Shown here: positions 57,679 through 64,000 of the stretch, in pieces
Position numbering within the stretch: position 1 is the first letter of the stretch
How the letters are laid out: every line of letters starts with the position of its first letter
Assembly (NCBI GenBank): GCA_018814355.1
Contig: JAHIZT010000037.1
Location: 5,989-69,988 of the forward strand
DNA length: 64,000 nt
Source: Thermoplasmatota archaeon
GTDB lineage: Archaea; Thermoplasmatota; Thermoplasmata; UBA10834
Reading direction: 5' to 3'
Translations under genes and position numbers: made by a program
Notes under the pieces: generated by a model
The model's input: the letters and a program-made list of their open reading frames with translations, nothing else
The model's database searches: none
What the model was told of the DNA's origin: nothing

Positions 57679-58614
57679 GTGTCTCGGATGAGGTGCGAGC
57701 GAGCGATAGTATCTTCTCCTGCAACCATCGCGAATTTTGGCCCAGGCTTTGACTCGTTCGGGCTCTGTCTGGGTTCGCCGAGGGACAGGATATCCATCAG
57801 AAGGTTGCCACGGGGTAGATACGAGGTAAGGGTCGTCGGCAAACACAAGGTCCCGACCGACCCATCGGAGAACACAGCTTCGTATGCCGCAATCAAGTTG
57901 GCCGGGCTGTGCGGCTGTGAGGATACCGGATTCTCCATGACTGTCAGGAAGGGCATGAAACCTGGAAGTGGTCTTGGGAGCAGCGCAGCCTCGTCAGCAG
58001 GCGGTGCCGTCGCGATGGCAACGATTCTGGGGTTGCGGAACAAGGAGATGATCCTCGAGGCAGCGGCTATGGGTGAGGAGCTTGTGGCTGGGTCGCGGCA
58101 CTTCGATAACGTATCCGCAGCGATTTACGGAGGATTCACGGTCGTCTCTGATCTGAAGACCAGGACTGTCCTTCAGATACGGCCTCCAAAATTCCAGATC
58201 GTCGTCGCACTTCCAGAGATATCGGTCGAGACGAGGAACGCTCGGGAGATCCTCCCTAATTCGGTCTCAATCGCTGATGCAGTGTGCAATGTCGGATGGG
58301 CGTCTGGAATGCTGCACGCCATGATGAAGCGAAACGTGCGCATGATCGGATCCTATCTTGATGACAAGCTAGCGCTGCCGTACAGAATTGCACTCATACC
58401 AGGTTACCAGGCGGTCCGCCTCGCGGCCTTGAGCGCAGGGGCATATGGCGTCTCAGTTGGCGGATCAGGCCCAGCTGTCTTCGCCATCACACAAGGCAAT
58501 GCCGTACGGATCAAGAATGCCATGGTGGATGCGTTCCGGAGCTCCTCAAACCTCAAGGCGAGTTCGTTCATCACTGTGCCTGGGACGGGAGCAAAGGTAG
58601 AGGATTCGAGCTGA
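57679..58614 (+). CDS. thrB: Homoserine kinase (GHMP kinase)
   Basis: PATIANFGPGFD and the GHMP motif GSGLGSSAASSAGGAVA. Confidence 0.85.
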   Translation: MSRMRCERAIVSSPATIANFGPGFDSFGLCLGSPRDRISIRRLPRGRYEVRVVGKHKVPTDPSENTASYAAIKLAGLCGCEDTGFSMTVRKGMKPGSGLGSSAASSAGGAVAMATILGLRNKEMILEAAAMGEELVAGSRHFDNVSAAIYGGFTVVSDLKTRTVLQIRPPKFQIVVALPEISVETRNAREILPNSVSIADAVCNVGWASGMLHAMMKRNVRMIGSYLDDKLALPYRIALIPGYQAVRLAALSAGAYGVSVGGSGPAVFAITQGNAVRIKNAMVDAFRSSSNLKASSFITVPGTGAKVEDSS

Positions 58615-58625
58615 TCCAGCATCCT

Positions 58626-59633
58626 CTAGAAGACGATTCGCTCCCCAGGTACCCTGGGGAACAACGTGACGTCCCTTATGTGCTTCTGACCTGTCAGGAA
58701 TCGAACCATCCTCTCGATCCCGAGGCCGCCACCGACCGTTCGCGGAATCAGGCCCTGGCTAGAGACCGTCAGGTATGTATCGAAGGCCCTGAGATCCGTC
58801 TTTCTCTCTTTCATCTTGCGGAGTATCTCTTGATGCTCCCACTCCCTCTCACCGCCGGAGAGGGCCTCGCCATAACCTTCGGGCCAGAAGACATCGTAGT
58901 TGTGGTAGTAGCCTCTCTTCTCTTTGTCCTCTCGGTCGTAGAACTCCCTTCTGAAGTTCATTATCCAGAACGGGTCCTTTGCCTGTTCGGAGGCTATCCT
59001 CTCGAAATGCTCGCCATGCAGTCTGATCAGGTCCTCTGATTCGTAGACTTTCAGTGGGAGCCTCGGCACGATGAGTTCCCTATCGAGTGCTCTCAGGTCG
59101 TCAGAACACTCCCTCTTCACGAACTTGAATACGTCGACTATCATGCCATCGATGAATCGGATGAAATCCTTCTTCGTCTTGTCCTTCAACTCTATGTCCA
59201 CTTGAGTGAATTCGAAGAGATGCCTTCCGCTCTCCTTCAGCGCGCCCTCTTCAAGCCTGACATTCGGCGACATGAAGTAGATCTTGTCTATGCCGTCGTT
59301 GAGGAGCGAGAGTTGCTTGTGAAGGATCATACTCTTCGTCAAGTGCAACTTCTGTCCATAGTACTCCACTGTCGCCGCGAAGTGTGGATGGTTCAGAGGA
59401 TCTGTCTCAGGCGAAAGGATAATGGGCATCGCCTGAACCACCCCGCGCTTGTACATGTAGTCGTGAATGGCTTTCAGCGCTGCCGACTGCACGCTCAATA
59501 TATGTTTGCGCTTCTCCCCTCTTATGTGCGACACCGCTTCCTTCATGCTAATCCTTGACGGAAGGACGGACATCCCAGCAAGGTATATCACCATTTCGCC
59601 AACATATCCGACTATTGTCCGATATTCAGGCAA
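58626..59633 (-). CDS. asnA: Asparagine synthetase A, archaeal AsnRS-like type (class IIb aaRS catalytic-core paralog without anticodon-binding domain)
   Basis: Class II motif 3 GGGLGIERMVRFLTG...RDVTLFPR and motif 2-like FEFTQVDIE. At only about 305-335 aa it has no OB-fold. Confidence 0.65.
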   Translation of the reverse strand: MPEYRTIVGYVGEMVIYLAGMSVLPSRISMKEAVSHIRGEKRKHILSVQSAALKAIHDYMYKRGVVQAMPIILSPETDPLNHPHFAATVEYYGQKLHLTKSMILHKQLSLLNDGIDKIYFMSPNVRLEEGALKESGRHLFEFTQVDIELKDKTKKDFIRFIDGMIVDVFKFVKRECSDDLRALDRELIVPRLPLKVYESEDLIRLHGEHFERIASEQAKDPFWIMNFRREFYDREDKEKRGYYHNYDVFWPEGYGEALSGGEREWEHQEILRKMKERKTDLRAFDTYLTVSSQGLIPRTVGGGLGIERMVRFLTGQKHIRDVTLFPRVPGERIVF

Positions 59634-59667
59634 TATTCATATATACAGTCCGTCATTATGACGAAAC

Positions 59668-60105
59668 ATGTTGGACGAAAAGGATTCGTCTATCCTCGAA
59701 GAACTGATGATGGACTCTCGAAAGACGACAAAAGCCATCGCAAGAGAGCTTGGAATCCCGAGAGCCACAGTGCACGACCGCATCGTGAAGATGGAGCAAA
59801 AACACATCATCAAGAAATACACGGCAGTGCCAGACTACTCCCAGCTTGGTCTTGGGGTCATAGCTTTCATACTCGTCCAGTTCGAGTCCGAGAAGGGGCT
59901 TTCTCAGCGCGACACCGCCGATGACATCGCCTCGATATCAGGGATATTCGAGGTCCACATGATCTCCGGCGAATACGACATGTTGCTCAAGGTCCGCGGC
60001 TCGAGCATGGAGGAGATCGGCAAGCTCGTGATAGACCGCCTCCGCGAGGTGAAAGGCGTAGCCAGGACTCTGACATGCGCTTGCTTCACGACCGTGAAGG
60101 AATGA
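59668..60105 (+). CDS. Lrp/AsnC-family transcriptional regulator
   Basis: N-terminal HTH (LDEKDSSILEELMMDSRKTTKAIARELGIPRATVHDRI) plus a C-terminal RAM domain, at 145 aa. Confidence 0.85.
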   Translation: MLDEKDSSILEELMMDSRKTTKAIARELGIPRATVHDRIVKMEQKHIIKKYTAVPDYSQLGLGVIAFILVQFESEKGLSQRDTADDIASISGIFEVHMISGEYDMLLKVRGSSMEEIGKLVIDRLREVKGVARTLTCACFTTVKE

Positions 60106-60115
60106 GGACTGACCG

Positions 60116-61558
60116 TCACTTCATCCGTTTCCGAACCAGCCTCTGAGCGGTCTCCGCGACCTCGCCCCTGACGGGATCGACATTGTGCTCCTTGAAGATC
60201 CTCTTGACCTCTTCTCCGGCTCTTTGCATCAGAGTCTTCGAACCCTTGGCGACCCAGGTGTCGAAGGAGGATCTGTCTGAGACAATCGGGATGAAATGCT
60301 CCGTCCTGAAGTGTTCCATGGTGTGTCTCTGGCCGAGATAGTCCTTGGCGATGCCCACCTTGTTGATGACTTCGAGTGCGAGCGTGTCCTCGTTGACATC
60401 GATTCCGCGCGCCATCCTCTCGATTATCTTGGACATCTCGCTGTCGATCACCAGTTGCTCGAGCCAGAGCGTCCTGCAATCCTCTATCAGCCCAATGCCG
60501 GCTATCATGTCCGCGCCTGCGAGGATTGGCGTCACCGCGCTCGCGAACTTCTCGTATGCAGCTTGCTCGTCAGGTTCCTTGGCCGTCGTTACAAACCCAC
60601 CTACCAGCGAAGGGAATCCCATGCTGTGGGCCATTTGAGAATAGGCTGCAGATGTGAGGCCGTGCTCAGGCCCTCCTCCAGCGCGAGTCGAGGTCTTCAT
60701 GTCCAGGTTCGCCATTCCGCATGAGAACACGAATGCCGTCCCGGGGGTCTGGACCTGCATGATCGTGTTGCCGGCCAGCGCCTCCGCAACCCCGAGCGCC
60801 ACTGATCCCGCCAATGTTGCGGGGCCAGTCGACCCAGGGCCTGGCATTACGTAGAAACAGATCGGAATGCCTGCCTCCGCCATGAACAGACCGGCGTCCA
60901 GGCTCCCTCCCTCTATCTGGAGAGGCGAGAAGCTGGTGTGTATGGATGATATGATCGGTCTTCTCCTGAGTTCCTCGTGACTGCCGGCGGCCGCAGCTGC
61001 GAGCTCGAGGACGTCCTGAGATTCCCAGACCGATGTATTTGTTGCGATAGTGATATGTTTCTCGGTGTTCTCGAGCGATGCCTGGAGATCGTGAATGTGC
61101 CTCGTTCCCGTGGGAACGTCCTGTGAAGTCACGGACGGCCAGTTCACGCCGTGGCCAGCGAGTGCATCTGTGACGAAGGCGCTCTTGGCGACATCGGATT
61201 TCTTCGAGGGCCTCCTCTGCCTCGATTCGAAGTCAATCGCATCAGTGCCGTTCCCGTCGCTGCAGATGTGCACGTGCTCGAAGTCAAGCCTCGCATCGTG
61301 CTTCCTCGTCCTTCCGTAGAGCGTGACCGTCCTGTCGTTCTTCTTGGTGCACTCCAATACGAGTGACTGGGGAAACTTCACGACTGCGCTTTTCTTGTCA
61401 ATCTCGCAGCCCGCCTCGCGAAGCAACTCCTGCGCTTTTTCGCTTCGAACCGCAACCCCCGTCTGTTCGAGTATCTCCAGGGCTGCGTGCCGTATCTTCG
61501 CGACCCCGTTCTTGTCCAGCAATTCCCGCCTGCATCGGACGGGTATTGAGTTCGCCAT
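60116..61558 (-). CDS. MttB-superfamily (trimethylamine methyltransferase family) corrinoid methyltransferase, non-pyrrolysine type
   Basis: A TIM-barrel MttB family collinear over about 480 aa with no in-frame amber. The start was trimmed to MANSIPVR. Confidence 0.85.
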   Translation of the reverse strand: MANSIPVRCRRELLDKNGVAKIRHAALEILEQTGVAVRSEKAQELLREAGCEIDKKSAVVKFPQSLVLECTKKNDRTVTLYGRTRKHDARLDFEHVHICSDGNGTDAIDFESRQRRPSKKSDVAKSAFVTDALAGHGVNWPSVTSQDVPTGTRHIHDLQASLENTEKHITIATNTSVWESQDVLELAAAAAGSHEELRRRPIISSIHTSFSPLQIEGGSLDAGLFMAEAGIPICFYVMPGPGSTGPATLAGSVALGVAEALAGNTIMQVQTPGTAFVFSCGMANLDMKTSTRAGGGPEHGLTSAAYSQMAHSMGFPSLVGGFVTTAKEPDEQAAYEKFASAVTPILAGADMIAGIGLIEDCRTLWLEQLVIDSEMSKIIERMARGIDVNEDTLALEVINKVGIAKDYLGQRHTMEHFRTEHFIPIVSDRSSFDTWVAKGSKTLMQRAGEEVKRIFKEHNVDPVRGEVAETAQRLVRKRMK

Positions 61559-61672
61559 TGCTTGCCCCCAATTCTTCTCTGACTCTCCCGTGTTACCGTA
61601 GTTGTGTCCGGAGAAATGGTGAAAGGTGTAGTTGTGACCGGAACGCATCTCTGCGTCCGGCCAGCGAAATGT

Positions 61673-63142
61673 CTAGTGGGTCTTCGACTCCCCGCCCCAC
61701 ATCGGCTTCTTTGCCTTCTCGATGATGGCGTCCAGCTTCTTCTGGGCGTTGGCATCGAGCGGCGGAACCTTGTGGTTCGCGAGAATTTCCTTGACTTTCT
61801 CCCTTGCCCTGTCCCTCATGGACTTCGAGCCGGTCTGCGACCACGCATCGAACGAGCGCCTGTCGACGAGGTTCGGCATGAAGAACTCGGTCCTCATGTG
61901 AGTCAACGTGTGCCTCTGGGCCAGGAAGTTCTTGCCCGGACCCACCTTCTCGATGACGTCCAGTGCCATCGTCTCGTCGTCCGCCCATTCGCCCCTGATG
62001 AGCCTAGCGATCGCGCCGACGATCTCGTCGTCGATCACAATCTCCTCGTAGAAGAGGCAGCTCGAATCCTCTAGCAGGCCAACGCCGCACATCAAGTCAG
62101 CTCCAGCCAGCAATGGACCGACGCAACCAGTGTAGTACTCCATCACCGCCTGGTCTCCCGGCTCTTTAGCTGTCGCCGAAACGCCGACGCATGACGGCAT
62201 TCCATAGTGGTGCGCGAGCTCGGTCGCAATCGCAGATGAGATCGCGTGCTCTGGGCTCCCACCCGCTCTTATGGTTGTCCTCATGTCCAATGGTGCGTTG
62301 CCCATCCCGTAGATGACAGCCGCTCCTGGCGTGGACAGTTGGATCATTGTCAGTGCGCTGAGCACCTCAGCGTTGCCGACAACGAGCGAGCCGACCAAGG
62401 TCGCTGGTCCAGTTGCGCCAGGTTGCGGCATCCCAAAGAATACCAGTGGGACTCCGGCTTTGGCGAACTCTAGGCTCGCGTCCATGACGCCCGCATCATG
62501 CTGAAGAGGAGCATATGTGCACTGCAGGCATGAAGACAGCGGCCTTCTCCTGTATTCCTTCTCGCCGCCAGCGGCTGCGTACCCCATCTCCGTCAGGGTC
62601 CTCGCATCGGAGACCGTCACGCCCGTCTCGTACATGACGTGCTTCTCGGTGTTGTTGAGAGAAGCGTCGAAGTCGTGCAGGTGCACGGTGGACGGGTGTT
62701 GGTCAGTGGAGCTTACCATCGGCCAGTGGATATGCACGTTCTCGAGCGTATCGATGATCCTCGAGGAGTTCGCGACATCCTTCTTCATCGACGGCCTTCT
62801 CTTTCCGCTCTCGAAGTCCACCGTCACGGCGCCGTTACCGTTAGCGGTCATGTAGCTGTGGTTCATATCCAGCTTCGCATCGAACTTCGGGTTCCTGCCG
62901 GCAAGCGTTATGGATGCTTTCTTCTTCGCCAGCGCCTCCTCGACCAAATGCGATGGGATCCTAGCTATTCTCGTCTTCTCGTCGACTTCACAACCATTGT
63001 CTTTCAGTAGCTTCCTACAGGCGACGCTGTCAACCTGGACACCTACCTTCTCGAGTATATGGAGTGTGCCCCAGTGGATCCTGTTCAAATCGCCGTCGCC
63101 AAGGATTTGGAAGCGGACGCCCCGCTTAATGCCAAAGGCCAT
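61673..63142 (-). CDS. MttB-superfamily corrinoid methyltransferase, non-pyrrolysine type (paralog of the 60116-61558 gene)
   Basis: 489 aa and about 45% identical by eye to its neighbour across aligned blocks. The reading frame is continuous. Confidence 0.85.
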   Translation of the reverse strand: MAFGIKRGVRFQILGDGDLNRIHWGTLHILEKVGVQVDSVACRKLLKDNGCEVDEKTRIARIPSHLVEEALAKKKASITLAGRNPKFDAKLDMNHSYMTANGNGAVTVDFESGKRRPSMKKDVANSSRIIDTLENVHIHWPMVSSTDQHPSTVHLHDFDASLNNTEKHVMYETGVTVSDARTLTEMGYAAAGGEKEYRRRPLSSCLQCTYAPLQHDAGVMDASLEFAKAGVPLVFFGMPQPGATGPATLVGSLVVGNAEVLSALTMIQLSTPGAAVIYGMGNAPLDMRTTIRAGGSPEHAISSAIATELAHHYGMPSCVGVSATAKEPGDQAVMEYYTGCVGPLLAGADLMCGVGLLEDSSCLFYEEIVIDDEIVGAIARLIRGEWADDETMALDVIEKVGPGKNFLAQRHTLTHMRTEFFMPNLVDRRSFDAWSQTGSKSMRDRAREKVKEILANHKVPPLDANAQKKLDAIIEKAKKPMWGGESKTH

Positions 63143-63148
63143 TGGTGC

Positions 63149-63781
63149 TCACCTGACCAGTTTCTTCGCCACATCAACTGCGCCAGATGCGTCGCCACTG
63201 TAGCCGTCAGCGCCGATCTCTTTTGCATACGTGTCTGTAACCGGTGCCCCGCCTACAAGGACCTTGACGGCCTTGCTCTTCTCCTTAAGTGGGGTTATGA
63301 TCTCTGCCATCCTTGGCATGGTCGTCGTCATGAGTGCGGACATGGCCACCATCTGCGGCTTCGCCTCGTCTGCCTTCTTCAGGAAGTCCGCGGCCTGGAC
63401 GTTGACTCCAAGGTCTAGGACCTCGAATCCATTCGCGGACAGCATCGTCGCAACTAGGTTCTTGCCGATCTCGTGGATGTCGTCCTGGACCGTTCCGATG
63501 AGTACCTTGCCAGCGCTTGCCCTGTGCTTTCCCGCTGGAACGGCAGGCTCGAGCACGGCCAATGCGGCCTTCATCGCTTCGGCGCCCATGACTAGCTCGG
63601 GTAGGTAAATCTCTCCCTTTCCGAACCTTTCACCGACAGTCTTGATACCTTCCGCCAATCCCTTCTCGATGGCGACGAGCGGATCAACGCCGTCCTTCAG
63701 TGATTGCTTTGCGAGGTCGGCGATTGTTTCCATCTCGTAGTTTATCACAGCATTCTTTAGCCGTGTTACTGCATCTTCCAT
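63149..63781 (-). CDS. Cobalamin-binding corrinoid protein (MtbC/MttC/MtgC-like)
   Basis: A B12-binding_2 helical cap plus a Rossmann B12 domain with DxHxxG (DDIHEIG). It is 210 aa and lies 6 nt upstream of the mttB paralog. Confidence 0.85.
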   Translation of the reverse strand: MEDAVTRLKNAVINYEMETIADLAKQSLKDGVDPLVAIEKGLAEGIKTVGERFGKGEIYLPELVMGAEAMKAALAVLEPAVPAGKHRASAGKVLIGTVQDDIHEIGKNLVATMLSANGFEVLDLGVNVQAADFLKKADEAKPQMVAMSALMTTTMPRMAEIITPLKEKSKAVKVLVGGAPVTDTYAKEIGADGYSGDASGAVDVAKKLVR

Positions 63782-63960
63782 TGGTTATACCCCCAGTAGC
63801 TTTCCTTCGGGATTTCGTCCCTCTGGATCTGTTTCGGAATCCAAAGTCGTCCATCCAAAGGATGGCCGCTCTGTCCCGCTTCAGATTGAAACGGCATATG
63901 CACCTTCCTAATTAAGGTTTCGTTCATATGATTATCTCCGCCCTCTAAGAATGTCCTCAA
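63766..63960 (-). CDS. Small hypothetical ORF (64 aa) upstream of and overlapping the corrinoid protein gene; weak
   Basis: An ORF with no recognisable motif, near the window edge. Confidence 0.2.
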   Translation of the reverse strand: MRTFLEGGDNHMNETLIRKVHMPFQSEAGQSGHPLDGRLWIPKQIQRDEIPKESYWGYNQWKMQ

Positions 63961-64000
63961 AGACTCAAACGGTCCTTGCTTGAATTCAATTGATGAAGAC

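Noticed and set aside
60116-63142. Possible in-frame amber (pyrrolysine) codon in the MttB homologs
   Set aside because: Both reading frames are continuous across the region aligned to the Pyl position. There is no TAG interruption and no pylTSBCD nearby, so I treat them as non-Pyl (MtgB/MtcB/MtpB-type) enzymes.
1-64000. CRISPR arrays, IS elements, transposase or integrase genes, toxin-antitoxin pairs, restriction-modification or other known defence genes
   Set aside because: No regularly spaced direct repeats were seen. None of the ORF translations carries DDE/transposase, tyrosine- or serine-recombinase, Cas or nuclease/methylase signatures.

Overview
This window reads as a 64-kb archaeal chromosomal segment with roughly 58-60% G+C and no obvious mobile element, CRISPR array, rRNA gene or intact tRNA gene. 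The archaeal assignment rests on an archaeal-type ThrRS with an N-terminal editing domain, ribosomal protein L10e, RNase P Rpp21, diphthamide synthase Dph2, a queD-queC-queE preQ0/archaeosine precursor operon, a geranylgeranyl reductase, and a Tes-like radical SAM lipid gene. Gene content in order along the window is as follows. (1) A 5'-truncated amidohydrolase, two divergently arranged tandem-GNAT (MshD-like) acetyltransferases, a YbaN-like membrane protein, and an ABC-2 exporter. (2) A co-directional hdrA / MvhD-HdrD(CB) fusion / GNAT unit. (3) A surface-glycosylation neighbourhood holding an aminotransferase, a Wzx-like flippase, a lone imidazolonepropionase-like amidohydrolase, a GT4, a DedA-family protein, a Dol-P-Man synthase with a GtrA-like tail, and a GT39/ArnT-like GT-C enzyme. 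(4) A membrane-lipid module of GGR, a small ferredoxin, and a radical SAM tetraether-lipid-synthase-like enzyme. (5) A TrmB regulator, an ArsB/NhaD permease, and a roughly 1480-1520 aa predicted surface protein rich in N-glycosylation sequons with a lamin-tail domain. (6) A CPA2 antiporter, SerRS, YhbY, Rpp21, L10e, Dph2, a PTA_PTB-family (MtxX-like) protein, queDCE, ThrRS, and a CorA-like transporter with a non-canonical pore motif. (7) A lower-G+C patch with an ACT protein, an HTH regulator, an SRPBCC protein, a DUF2284 protein, and an uncharacterised 497-aa protein, bordered by a tRNA-like remnant. (8) A large amino-acid biosynthesis block: leuB-leuD-leuC-leuA, pheA, ilvD, lysC, hom, thrC and thrB. 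(9) An AsnRS-like asparagine synthetase A divergent from an Lrp/AsnC regulator. (10) At the window end, two tandem non-pyrrolysine MttB-family methyltransferases followed by a cognate corrinoid protein. No single planted novelty is unambiguous. The most unusual items are the giant LTD protein, the HdrA + MvhD-HdrD fusion operon, the GGR-Fd-Tes lipid module, the non-Pyl MttB/corrinoid cluster in an Hdr-bearing archaeon, and the low-G+C patch with the 497-aa unknown and the tRNA-like remnant.
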